From NCBI RefSeq assembly GCF_963506605.1, contig NC_083288.1, positions 42,966,001-43,030,000 of the forward strand: a stretch of DNA of 64,000 nucleotides, given 5' to 3'. Below the pieces are notes generated by a model, which was not told the origin of the DNA, did not search any database, and saw nothing but the letters and a program-made list of their open reading frames with translations. Positions 1 through 11,734 of the stretch are shown one piece after another. The translations under genes were made by a program, and so were the position numbers. Positions within the stretch are counted from its first letter, which is position 1. Each line of letters opens with the position of its first letter. Source of the DNA: Zootoca vivipara. Taxonomy: Eukaryota.

Positions 1-221
1 TGCTTCTTAGTCATTTTGGCAGACTCTCTGAGTGTTATTTCTACAGAATCTCACCATTTACCTTTCTTGTCAATTCCTGATCTCGCAACCAAATCTATGG
101 AAGATAGGTTTGGAAGGGAGATAGCATTGCCCCATTCCCTGCTTTCCCATGGCCAGCTGGAAAAATCCAGTCAAAGGTTTGTGCATCTGTGATGGAAGGG
201 AACCATTTCCAGTGGGGTTTG

Positions 222-415
222 TCAGATGCAACTCAAGCAGCATGTCTGAGAAATAACTGTGTGGTAGAAGCTGCCCTCCTGGCTGGGCATTGGCTCTGCT
301 CTCACATGTGATCTGTGGAGGAAGAGTGCTTCAAAACAAAGTGTGTTCTTTATCAACGAGAAGACAACAAGGAGCCACCAGTGAAGAATTCCTTTTGTTA
401 ACTGCGCAATAAGAC
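222..415 (-). CDS. Candidate terminal (TM plus cytoplasmic) exon of the Ig gene
   Basis: Acceptor gttgcag gives in-frame GLIAQLTKGILHWWLLVVFSLIK...SFYHTV...CI*; the hydrophobic stretch is short and the acceptor is weak. Confidence 0.3.
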
Positions 416-652
416 CTGCAACTTTAAGAACCTTTACTTCAGCTTGCATTTTCCTTCTCCCCCCGACTCCCGTTTTCTTTGCATGTTGTGTCTTTTTTGT
501 TTTTGGATTGTAAGTCTGGGGGCAGGGCCCATCTTAATATTGATCTTTCCCCCCCTAAGCAGCCCTGAGAGCCTTTATTGGCTAAAGGCAGGTAAATAGA
601 TAAATTAGATAGATGATAGATAGATGAATAAATAAATAAATCTGGAGATTAC

Positions 653-949
653 CTGTGTGAACAATGGTGACAGAATTACTCTTCTTTGAAATAACCTTTC
701 TTCCAAAAAGATGCACTACGTAGCCACACCTGAAGCTCCCCACATCTTTGGGTTCCATGATGCTCATGTTGTGAATGTAGATGTTGCCATATGGAGGCAC
801 AACTGATATTTCCTCTTTGTCGCTATAAAACTGGAACTCCTTTACTTCCTTTCTTTCAGGCGGAGCTGAGCACACAAGGCTGACATTATCTCCCAGGTTG
901 TACTCAAGGAGGCTGGGGCTTGAAGAGAGGGAGGGGGCTTCCGGGGCTT
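653..949 (-). CDS. Ig gene exon 4: second C2-type Ig domain
   Basis: Acceptor ttctttcccag, donor CACAG|gtaatc, 297 nt; paired Cys in VSLVC...GSFRC; overlaps ORF 582..875. Confidence 0.85.
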
Positions 950-3900
950 CTGGGAAAGAAAGATAAACACCCAGGGTTGAGATTGCTTCGTGTAACAGAG
1001 ACAGCGGCGGCTAGCTAAACTCCTCCACCCTCAAGTATGCTTGCAATGGTTGGTTGGGTGGAGAGAGAGGGTGGGAAGAGAGAGAGAGATAGGGTGAGGG
1101 CAGGGAAGCATTTTTAGACATCAGATTTTAGGCTTGCAATGAAATAACTGAAGGGTGGAGGAGAAATGTGATTTAGTTCCCATTTAAAGGTGAACCTAAC
1201 TGATTTGCACTTTCTAAAATGACAGAAAAACTAAAACACACTTCTCTGAATTTTTCAGTGCAGCTCTCTAGCCAAGGGATGTGTACAAAAATACATACAT
1301 TAGGGCAAAGTGTGCCTAAAGATGCTGATAAAGACCAATATCTTGGGTCAGGATGTCGCTAGCACTCCATGCATCAGCACTGGTGACCACACACTTGAGG
1401 TGGTAGACAGTGTTGGGTTCCATCTGGGTTCCACCATAACAAGCGTACTGGCAAGGCAGCTATGGCAATGGCTTGCCTCTCCAAAAGCGTACCAAGAAAA
1501 AGGTCTATCAGGCTTGAGTGTTGAGCATGGTGCTTTATGGAAGTGAGCCGTGGGCAACTTACAGCCGTCAGCGGTGATGCTGTGTCAGGAGGATTTTGGG
1601 TACCACATGGCAGGATAGAATTCCAAACAAAGATGTGCTCTCCCAAGCCCACATTCCCAGCATGTTCACACTCCTGTCTCAGAGTTGCACTAAAATGTTC
1701 CTATCCAGCTTTGTACATACAATGAAAGGGATCTGAGGGTTTTATTCAACGCTAGTACTACTCAGAATAGCTAATTAACACAGCTCATTGGGGCTCATTA
1801 AATAGTTGGCCACAACCCGGAAATCTGAATTTGAAGCTTAGCAGGGAAGAGTCAAAAGCAGCATTCAGGTTGCGCTTTGCTGCCCCTTAGTGGCTTTGGT
1901 GCTCCATTCCACATTTCCCCAACAAGTTTGGTTTCTTTTCACCAAAACTGATAACTAAGAATGAAAGTAATTGCCTAAACATTTTTTTATTTGGGCAGCC
2001 GGGAAACTTTCTGCGAACTCAGTTTTTCTTCTCTGCAGTAAAAAAAAAATGAAAATATAAAAGGGGATAATATTCAACTAAGTCATAGTGTGCAGAGGCC
2101 ATTGAGCTCTTGGAGAGATTGTTCCAGTTAGAGAAGAACATATATATACAGCAGAGCTTCCTCCCCTCCATCATATTGACTGGGGGCAACTTGCAGGCAC
2201 AACACTTCTGCACTGTGTTTTTCTGCTGAAAATAGCCACCTGAAGCTATAATTTTCCCAAAATGTGGTGGTTGTTGTTTTGCTTTATTTTTGCAGCAAAT
2301 GAGTGCATTTGCAATATGTTTGCTCAGTCTACAATTTCAGGGCTACAAAAGTACAAAAAAGATCTTCCTTATAGCGTGTTAGATAACAGCAAGAGGTTTC
2401 CCCATCCGAAAGCTAATAGTGCTGAGACTGTTTCTAGGAAGGGAAAGATTAAGCTGATGGGTGTCACCTCCCACCCAAGGCATTTATTTTGTTCTTTATT
2501 TTAAAGCTGTGATTTGCTAATCATGTCATTTGTATTTTGCATAGTTATCCACCCCTACCCTGCCCTGAGCAAGGCTGTAGATTTTTAACACTGGGGTCCC
2601 CAAACTTTCTGGGTCCAGGCTCACATTGGGAAACGGCAGTTTCTTAGTCATGAGCAACATAAAAAGTATCGCATTTCACAGGGGAGGAATGGTCAAAGTC
2701 TAGACAACGTCTACCTCCCCCCCCCCCAAGCCATGCAAAAGAAACAGGCCACCGGCTAGCAATGAGGACACTCCCAACCAAACAACCCACTTAAAAAAGA
2801 AAGAACGATAAAATTGGGAGGGCATGGGCCCTTGCCAGTCATCAAGAGGGGTGTCAGAGGACATCAAATTGGGGACTCCAGGTGTAGCAAGTGGCAGTGG
2901 AGAAGAAAATTAATCGGACAGACCATCACTGAGGCTTCTCAGCATCGGAACAGACCACCAAAATCCCAGGAACTACCGTAGAAACCTACCTTTCACTTGA
3001 AGGGAGATGGAGTTGCTCCGTGTAGATGTGACCTCTGTATCAGCTTTCCCCATCCAGTAATCACAGCTGTAATTTCCCATCTTGCTCATTTCAGCCCTAA
3101 AAACCAGTCTGCCCTTTTGATAAGGGTCGGCAGCCATTTTGACAACCTGTTGCCCGTCCTGATCGAAGAACCTGTATCCCTCCACCGTCCCATTTGGGAA
3201 AGCTGAGCATATGAGCACCACCTTCTCACCTTCAAAGTATTCAGGGTACTTTGGCTGTACCGAGAGTTCGGGGGGAGGGAGAGATCCTGGAAGAAAAGCA
3301 GAGGGATCTCAGTGGCAGGCACACAAGTGGAACCTGAAATGAACTGTCACAGAGTGGGGTGCTCTGTTTTAGCCTTGCCCTGTTCCAGGTTACTCCACCC
3401 CACCCCACATACTTTTTAAATTTATTCTGTGTGTTTCTGCAACCTGTGTTATTCAGTCCAGATCTGTTTCAGGACTTTCTATCCCCTCCCCTCATAAATG
3501 ATTTTTTTTTTGTACAGTGGTACCTCGACTTACGAACGACTCGACAACCGAATTTTTTGACTTGTGAATGGGGGTAATGGCCGCGCACTTATGAATGTCT
3601 CGACATCCGAAAGCAAACCGCGGTGGTTTTACATAGGGATTTTTCGACTTACGAATTTTTCCGTTTTCAATGCATTCCTATGGGAAATTGTGTTTCCAAT
3701 GGCGTTTTTCGACTTATGAATTTTTCGACCTACGAAAGTGCCTTCAGAATGGATTAAATTCATAAGTCGAGGCACCACTGCACTTCTGCAAACCTTGCAG
3801 TTTTCCCCAACCATGCCAGTAACTTTGCTCCTAAACATGGGTGTGTGTTTCATTTTACCTACATAAGGATCCACCCTTAGAGGGTGACTTCGCTTTTGTA

Positions 3901-5723
3901 ATACACAATGGTGTTGCAAAAGGGGTGGGAAAGGTGGCACTGGGATATGTAAGTTTGCTACAGTTTGCTCCTGGAAAGTACCCACGTATAAGAGCGGAGT
4001 TACTACCATACTTGGGGGAACCACAAGTCAGCTGGAGGGGAGTGTTAGATTGCTAAACAATAGCACAAAACAGACAAGCATTCTCCTCTAGAGACACTCT
4101 GGTCTTCTCCACATCAGCAACTCACGGGGGAAGAAGATGGAATGTTACCTGCAGGTGATGCTGGCTGCGGAACGAGATGCAGGAAAACTGAAAGAGAGAA
4201 ATAAAAAGGAGGGATGGAACTGGTTAAATAGGCCTGGAAGTTTGAACTGATTTGATCTGAAGATTATTTAAAGGTAAAGGGACCCCTGACCATTAGGTCC
4301 ATTAGGTCCATTAGGACGACTCTGGGGTTGCAGTGCTCATCTCGCTTTACTGGCCGAGGGAGCCGGCATACAGCTTCCGGGTCATGTGGCCAGCATGACT
4401 AAGCCGCTTCTAGCCACATGACCCGGAAGCTGTACGCCGGCTCTGTACGAACCAAAGCAGTGCACGGAAATGCTGTTTACCTTCCCTCCAGAGTTGTACC
4501 TATTTATCTACTTGCACTTTGACATGCTTTCAAACTGCTAGGTTGGCAGGAGCTGGAACTGAGCAATGGGAGCTCACCCCGTTGCGGGGATTCGAACCGC
4601 TGACCTTCTGATCGGCAAGCCCTAGGCTCTGTGGTTTAGACCACAGAGCCACCCTCACCACCTGAAGATTATTTACATGTTATATTTGTCTCAAGGGACC
4701 ATATGTAAGGTAGGCTCCCATCCAAGCATTGACCAGACCCCTGACCTGCATAGCTTCAAGAAGGCTGCATGCAACAATATATTGCTTTAGACCTTAGGTC
4801 TTCAGCCAATGGGGCTGTACCCACAGATGAGCTGCACGGCCATGCCAGGCGGGTCACAACAAAACTGCCATCACCACGCAAACCCTTCAGTGCAACCTGG
4901 AGGCTGCAATCTTTTATTCCCCTGTCTTATGTCTCACCTTCCAACTTCTTCCGATGCAAAACTGGAATGTGCATCTTCCAGGACGTGTTCCTGGGAGACT
5001 CACATGACATGCGCCTCTCAGGATATTGTGCAGTGTCTCCAAAGCATGCATTTTGGGGAGCTATGGCCCCGGGAAAAGTGCTTCTTTGAGCTGAGAGCGT
5101 GACAGATCACGACACCCAAAATGGCCACAGGGGTCGTGTGAGAAAATACGGGATGTGCCGCTTTTTCCAGGGCATTTGGAAGGTATGTTATGTGAGAGAG
5201 TTTCCTCCTCATTTTGCACCAGCCCAGCCTTGCTCCCACGTAGTGGAAACATACTGCCTGGCTTGAGAAGAGGCTATCTACCTGACTATTGCAGCCTCGC
5301 TGAATCACATAAAGCTGGTTATGGTGTGAAGCCTAGAAGCCACAGGACTCCTCTGCATAGAAAAGAAGCACCAGAATGGCTGAAGAGCTGCTGCTGGTGA
5401 AACACTCAGGGAGGAATGAATCCAGGCAGCCCCAATTCTAGAGAGGAAGCCTTGCAATGTAAGGACTGCTATTCCAGGGCTTCTATTTGCTTGGAATAGA
5501 AGGACTGGGCTGGGGAAAATGGTGTGAGGATTCTAGCTGAACTTAATGGGCAAACATGCCTAAAATACTGGATAAGATGAAGTGTGTTTGTTTGTTTGTT
5601 TGTTTGTGTAGATATGTATGAACTCTACCTATGTTCAGTTCTGTTGAGGTTTTTATATCTCCTCCCCTCTCCACTTCTGCCTATATTACGTTCTGAGGGT
5701 GCTAAGAAAAAAATTAGATTCAT
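653..5723 (-). CDS. LRC-like immunoglobulin-superfamily receptor gene (split signal peptide plus two C2-type Ig domains); exons 5690..5723, 4149..4187, 2990..3286, 653..949; 3' end uncertain
   Basis: Four phase-1 GT-AG exons (34, 39, 297, 297 nt) join in frame: MNLIFFLAPSELFLHLVPQPASPAGSLPPPELSVQPKYPEYFEGEKVVLIC...GNYSCDYW...SNSISLQVKEAPEAPSLSSSP...NVSLVC...GSFRCGY...SNSVTIVHTG. A leader split over two mini-exons and LPxPxL..P / GxYxC motifs match LILR/FCAR/CHIR/A1BG-type architecture. Confidence 0.8.
1325..1690 (+). mobile_element. Old degenerate LINE fragment (RTE-like)
   Basis: TLEVVD...F.HLGSTIT resembles an RTE RT C-terminal region. Confidence 0.4.
2990..3286 (-). CDS. Ig gene exon 3: first C2-type Ig domain
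   Basis: Acceptor ttttcttccag, donor GAAAG|gtaggt, 297 nt; VVLIC...GNYSCDY; overlaps ORF 2973..3221. Confidence 0.88.
3515..3780. mobile_element. Non-autonomous Tc1/mariner (Tigger-like) MITE
   Basis: Terminal inverted repeats (TIRs) CAGTGGTACCTCGACTTACGAA / TTCATAAGTCGAGGCACCACTG; TA flank on the left. Confidence 0.8.
4149..4187 (-). CDS. Ig gene exon 2: 39-nt signal-peptide mini-exon
   Basis: ttctctctttcag|TTTTCCTG...CCTGCAG|gtaaca; phase 1-1; encodes FLHLVPQPASPA. Confidence 0.72.
4271..4655 (+). mobile_element. Sauria SINE with internal inverted duplication
   Basis: AAGGTAAAGGGACCCCTGACC...TATTTATCTACTTGCAC...GATTCGAACC; homologous to three other copies in the window; strand nominal. 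Confidence 0.85.
5690..5723 (-). CDS. Ig gene exon 1 coding part (34 nt)
   Basis: ATGAATCTAATTTTTTTCTTAGCACCCTCAGAAC|gtaata; 34-nt phase-1 leader exon as in LRC genes. Confidence 0.55.
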
Positions 5724-7153
5724 TTTCTGTACATCTGAGTTCTGATACATGGAGAGGGCAGGTAGACCAGCAGCTGTGAGAAAGGGAAAGAAAGGCACCC
5801 ACAGACGGTAGCAAAAAGGAAACAAAACCTTCAGGAAAGGGAAAGGAAATGCAGCTGACCAGGGAGAGAGAACCATAGTTAACCGTAATTAAATTAACAT
5901 GCAAATCCTATGCATGTCTACTCAGAAGTAAGGCCCATTTATTTTAATCGGACCTGTTCTCAAGTAAGTTTGCATCTTTAATATTTCAATGTTGATTTGG
6001 ATTGAAGGTTAGTTTTATTTAGTTGCTATTAAAAAGAATTATAAAAAGGTGTTATTTAGCAAAAGAAAAAAGAAAAAAAGTTTTTTTGTTTGTTTGTAAC
6101 AGATCTACAAGAATATGTTGCTTCAGTGTAGGAGAATCTGGGAAGTTTCCTCAAACTTCAACCAAGGAGCAACAACTAACAACTGCCGACTGTATTAGGT
6201 GCTGAGGGCGATGAACCTTCTCAGAAACCCTGTTCATTTTTATTTCAGGAAAGCTGATATTAGGAGAGGACCTAAACGACAGAGAGGTGATTTAAAGGCA
6301 GCAGTGAAGATGACACGAGATGGAAGAAAGTGAGCAAAGGAAGAAGGGGAACGAGAGGGAAATAAAAAGGCAATAATGAGCAGGTGAATTGAAGTAGAAG
6401 GCTGAAGTACAGAAAAGTTTGAGAAGGTAGAGAGAATGTAGAAAACAGTATGAGTGGAGAGGGAGAGGAAACAGGAAGATTGTGAAAAGTGAGATGACAG
6501 TAAGTGACAACAGAGAAAGAACAGAAGAAGTGGAAAGTGAGAGGAGAGAAAAAACAAAGACAAAGCTGGTGATGAAGGACAGAGAGTGAAAGATGATAAG
6601 TAAAGAGAAAGATGACACCAGTTGACAGAAAAAGAAAGGAAGTGATGAAATTGATAGAATTGATAGAATTGATAGAATTGAATTCTGGTAACCGAATGCA
6701 AGCATAAATGCTGACAGACAATGACTTTCCCTCTTGCTCAATATAAGCCACAGCTTAACTCAGGAGAAAACCTCCAGAAATCAAAGAGAGGATACGACTA
6801 AGTATAAATAAGAAATGAACATGTGAAAGCTGGTCTCATGTTCCTGGCTGGGATTTTTCTGTCTGGACTTAAGATCATGTATTTGTTTGAAAAAATCATA
6901 TACAGCCAACATTAAAGAAAATAAATCATCGTAGTGGTGAAAAACATAAAACAATAATAACATTTCATTCCTGAAATAAGTACAAATTGCATCAAAAATC
7001 AGTAGCTCAGATCAATTATACATCAATTTAGATCACACACACACACACACACTCGCCTGGGCACACTGATGAGTTTTAAGCATGCAACTATACAAGGCAC
7101 CACTGCCCAAACCCTTTTCCTCTGAGGCAGCTGAAGAAGAAGAGGAATAGGAG

Positions 7154-7386
7154 TTTGGATTTGATATGCCGCTTTATCACTTCCCGAAGGAGTCTCAAAA
7201 TGGCTAACATTCTCCTTTCCCTTCCTCCCCTACAACAAACACTCTGTGAGGTGAGTGGGGCTGAGAGACTTCAGAGAAGTGTGACTAGCCCCAGGTCACC
7301 CAGCAGCTGCATGTGGAGGAGCGGAGACGCGAACCCGGTTCCCCAGATTACGAGTCTACCGCTCTTAACCACTACACCACACTGGC
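7154..7386 (-). mobile_element. tRNA-derived squamate SINE (Squam-type)
   Basis: Reverse strand starts GCCAGTGTGGTGTAGTGGTTAAGAGC (A-box-like) and has a GGTTCG B-box-like motif; second copy at 22585..22757. Confidence 0.7.
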
Positions 7387-8362
7387 ACACTGATGTGTTT
7401 ATTGCTGCTGTTATCGCTGATTCTCACCAATGCTTCTCTATTCAGATATGGTAAGTGGACAGAACAGAGTAGAGAAAGTAGCAAGACATACCTAGCACAG
7501 GAATGAGAAGAACTTCCATGTTGAGAGGGGTCTCTATCCACCTTGACCCCACCTCCTTAGAAACTCTCCTTAGATACCTCTAGCTTTGAATTTGATCTTC
7601 CCCCTCCAAGGCAGCCTCTACAAGAGTCTTCTACAGACAGTCACAAGAATAGGCAGAGAAGCACGTATTTTCACAATCACCTTACTGGGAAGTCTGAACC
7701 AATCTCGGCTGCTGGACCATGGGAACTTACTGCTCAAAAGAGAAACTGGAAATGGTTTGCCCAGATTGGAAGAGTCAGCAGACAGTATGAGCGGTCAGCC
7801 ACTTTAGTATTTCCTGTTTTATTGCTACACCCAGCAAATTGGGTACTGCTCCACCAAGCTCAGCTTGCCATCAGCCAGCCCCCACCTTACTTCCAGCTGG
7901 CTGTCAACCTTTACCTCCTTAGTCGCAGTGTAGTTATCTCCATCTATTATTGGCCCTGGCTTCTCCAGCAATAGACTCTGACTCCACCTACTGTTGGTCT
8001 CCTTGCTTTCTGCCCTATCAGTCCCAATGGGCGCAGACCTTCACTGACTGAGACAGTTCTACATACCAGCTGTAGATCCAGGGCATGTGAGAATGTCAAA
8101 GTGCTGGATCAGACCCAGGTCAACCAGACCTTGCACTTTGGAATGGGGTAGGAATATGTTTGGCTTGTTTTCCATAGAGGACGGCCTTGATCCTATGCTT
8201 ATTGTGGATCAGAACACAACCCCCAGTCAGATGATGCACTTCTGCAGACTACGGAATGTATTTTCAATGCACAAAACAAGGTATTTTATATAGAAGATGC
8301 ATACAAAATGCCTGTTTTAATGGTGAATGCTTTGAAAAGTGTATACCTTGAAACTTTGAGCT

Positions 8363-9091
8363 GTGAGGACTGTAACGGATTAGCCCTAGTATGGAAGATT
8401 CATGGATTAGAAAGAGTTCATCCATCTCCAACTTAACGGACAGTGCATCTTTTGGAGGCGGGACGCTTCCCGGTTCAAAAGAGGAGGGAATAGCCATTTG
8501 GGGGGAGAGTGGAGGGTGTGGGGACAAAAGGAGGGAAGGAGGAGGGTGTGAAGTGAGGTTAGTGGTGGTTTGGGTTAGGCTTAAGTTATCTTGGAGTTAA
8601 AGTTTGACAGTTAGCATACAGCTGTAACTCAGTTTGTAACCTTATGAATCATTAAGAAAAGAAGAAGAAAAAACTATGTTCTCAAGAAAATAAAATTCAT
8701 CTTTGTTGTGCCAAGGAGAATCGTCTCAGTTGTTCCAGCAGCGTATAAAAAGGTGGAGACTCAGAAGAGGGCAAAACTTACCTTAGGGAAAAGGGGAATA
8801 GTTTGTGTCCTAGAGTCACACAAAAGGGGCAATAGGGTGAAAACCTAGTGCCACAAATTTGCCAAGATGAAAAGGCAAACTGATACAGTTGGGATCCTGG
8901 CTGAGGGGCCCCCCTTTACTGTAGGAAAGAGGTTGTTCATTTAAGGAGCCCTGAGTTTTTATGAGATCAGGCCACGAAAGCTAGAATTAGACTCTCATTA
9001 CTAAGAAGCCCAGAAGTAGTGAGGGGTTTATTTTAAGGCGAAAGGAGTGGAGTGGGGGATTGCTCCATCCCCTGGACCCCCTTCGTCTCAT
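8363..9091 (+). mobile_element. Interspersed repeat, possibly LTR-derived
   Basis: 8700..9090 matches 24945..25330 in reverse complement; left boundary approximate. Confidence 0.5.
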
Positions 9092-9173
9092 AATTTATTG
9101 ACAGCGCTGGAGTTTCGTCGCAAGGATATGCGACTGCTTTTACATGCTTTAATTTGTATATTTTAAAATCTGT

Positions 9174-9484
9174 TTACAGGTAGGTAGCCCTGTTGGTCTG
9201 CCATAGTCAAAACAAAATAAAATTTATTTTATTTTATTTTTTAAATTTTGTTTCGACAAACTTAGTTGGTCTCTAAGGTGCTACTGGAAGGATTTTTTAA
9301 ATTTTGTTTCGACTATGGCAGACCAACATGGCTACCTACCTGTAACTAGAACTATGGAAGGCACCACATTGAGCATGAAATGGAAGTCCATCAACCTCAC
9401 CAAGAAACTTGCACAGGTACAGACTGATATCTTCACAAACTTAGTTGGTCTCTAAGGTGCTACTGGAAGGAATTTTTTATTTTG
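9174..9484. mobile_element. Penelope-like retroelement remnant (direct plus inverted pseudo-LTR)
   Basis: Inverted arms 9175..9218 and 9301..9345; direct repeat ACAAACTTAGTTGGTCTCTAAGGTGCTACTGGAAGG twice; flanking repeat TTTAAAATCTGT at 9162..9173 and 9485..9496. Confidence 0.7.
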
Positions 9485-10205
9485 TTTAAAATCTGTGTTG
9501 TTTTATCTCTGTGTTGTTTGCTGCCCTGGGCTACTTTGGAAGGAAGCACAGGAGAAAAAATTACCAACAGTGGCAAGAATAATAAACAGGGCTGCTTAAG
9601 AGGAAGATAATAAGCCTTAACAGAAGCCCCACCATAAGACTCCAGCAGGGAAGTCTGCAGAAGGCAAAGGCACCTAGAACCTGCCTATTTCACTACAGCC
9701 ATGCTTTGGGACTGCATCAATTTATGTGCTTTGAGACCTGAGATTCGACTTGAGACCTTGTTGGACTTCAGATGAGATTCATAAATGTACATATGAAGAG
9801 GAAGTCCTCCCCCCCCCCTTAATACCTGGCTGTCAGTGTTTCTCTGCTTGTTCTTCTACTTTCTATTTTATGTTAGGATCCAGATTCCTCTCCCACCTCA
9901 GGTTCTAACACAAATTCTTTAGGTCTTGTATGATTTGGTTCAGACAGTATTGCTGTAGGTTTGGAGGAGTCAGTCCACATGATAGCCTGAGTTCCTTGGA
10001 ATTCTTAGGGTCTAGTATCTAGTAAGGGTTAAAAGCGGATAGAGGATTCTATTGTTAAACAAGGCAATTGTCATTGCTGGCCACTTAAGTACCTTCATCA
10101 GCATAACTAAAGAGGTTGCTCTGTGCCATAGGGCAAATGGGTGGGCTTTCCCCCCTCTCACCTAACTGCCAGCTGGAGAGAATTATAGGAGAGTATGTTG
10201 TGAGT

Positions 10206-10659
10206 ATAGTTAAAGCTATGGGTTTTCCCAGTAGTGATGTATGGAAGTGAGAGCTGGACCATAAAGAAGGCTGATCGCTGAAGAATTGATGCTTTTGAAT
10301 TATGGTGCTGGAGGAGACTCTTGAGAGTCCCATGGACTGCAAGAAGATCAAACCTATCCATTCTTCAGGAAATCAGCCCTGAGTGCTCACTGGAAGGACA
10401 GATCGTGAAGCTGAGGCTCCAATACTTTGGCCACCTCATGAGAAGAGAAGACTCCCTGGAAAAGACCCTGAGGTTGGGAAAGATGGAGGGCACAAGGAGA
10501 AGGGGACGACAGAGGACGAGATGGTTGGACAGTGTTCTTGAAGCCACCAACATGAGTCTGACCAAACTGCAGGAGGCAATGGAAGACAGGAGTGCCTGGT
10601 GTGCTCTGGTCCCTGGGGTCACGAAGAGTCGGACACGACTAAATGACTAAACAACAACA
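10206..10659 (+). mobile_element. BovB (RTE clade LINE), 5'-truncated 3' end
   Basis: LRVPWTARRSN...YFGHLMRR...GRQRTRWLD; (CAA)n tail; TSD ATGTTGTGAGT. Confidence 0.92.
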
Positions 10660-11059
10660 ATGTTGTGAGTGAGCTGAGCAGAAAGCAGGCTGAGAAGCTG
10701 GGGAGGCAGAGACATGCCTGATCAGTGCTGGATCCTGTTGTTGTCATCCATCTATCTTGGGAGACAATGGATCCAAAGCTGTGACTCTAATTGAGAAGCA
10801 AGATCTGTTGAGGTGGTAATGCTGAGAGCCGTTCCATCTTAGCTAGGGTTGCCACCTGTCCTGTGTAATACAGGATTGTCCGGTATTGCAATGTAAAATG
10901 CTAAGCCCTGTATTTATGCAGTTTTGTCCTGTATTTCAGGTCTTCTCCCCCACCCCCCCATGCCAAGTTAAGAATCCTCTCCAAATGCAGGTGTTTGAAA
11001 GGGTGTGTTAAAGGTCATGTATTTAAGTTCCAGGGAGCCAAGCACGGACAGAGTTACAA

Positions 11060-11060
11060 A

Positions 11061-11115
<55 letters not shown>

Positions 11116-11131
11116 GTGTGTGTGAGAGAGA
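11060..11131. repeat. (TG)n(AG)n compound microsatellite
   Basis: Seen directly. Confidence 0.9.
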
Positions 11132-11236
11132 TATATTCTAGAGGAGCCCTCCTGTTAGGGTGCCACAGATTGTAATGGATTGCTTTGAAGTCACTTCAGT
11201 ACAAGATGGAAGTAAAAATAATTGTTTGTTAATTAT

Positions 11237-11348
11237 TAGGGTTGCCATACACCTGGAATTTCCCGGACATAGCCGGGATTCAGCTGTCATAAACTATTTG
11301 GGCAGGAATCGCTGAGATGTCCGGGAAAATCCAGACATATGGCAACCT
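11237..11348. mobile_element. Small hAT-type MITE
   Basis: TAGGGTTGCCATA ... TATGGCAACC inverted ends; a related end lies at 10844. Confidence 0.55.
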
Positions 11349-11734
11349 GTGTTGGTAGTGTAGATTTGGGCGAATTTCCATCCAATTTTGACTCCAGTCC
11401 TGCTCACCACTGATGAGTGGCCCCCAAGAAGGAGAGGAAATGAGGGAATATGACCCTCCTCCATTGTGCTTTCAAGTTAGCTTATGAAGGTTAGCTGACA
11501 ATAAACTGAAAATTCCGAATTCGAGAGGGCACCATTGACTCCCTTGGTCTGCCCTAGTTTGCTAAAAAGTGGAACCTTCTGGTAGTACCCAGAGGAGGAC
11601 AGTCACCACAGACTGCCTAATAAGGGCACTAGTCTGGGACACCTTCTCTTGGTGCTGTGCCTAACTGCAGTGTTTTTCATCATGCTTCTTTCTGTGTGAG
11701 GACATGAGAAGAGACAGGTGGCACTTCAGGTCAG

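Noticed and set aside
3515-3780. Short repeated units (CGACTTACGAA) resembling a repeat-spacer array; similar in 51286..51528 and 35563..35889
   Set aside because: Internal repeats of TIR-bounded MITEs in vertebrate DNA, with irregular spacing and no cas genes, so not CRISPR.
6240-6751. Three overlapping 149-159 aa minus-strand ORFs rich in F/S/L
   Set aside because: They result from a pyrimidine-rich strand that lacks stop codons; no recognisable domain.
7300-7386. tRNA-like A/B boxes
   Set aside because: They form the head of a tRNA-derived SINE present twice, not a tRNA gene.
10321-10650. BovB, CR1 and L1 ORFs as host genes
   Set aside because: 5'-truncated retroelement fragments with tails and TSDs.
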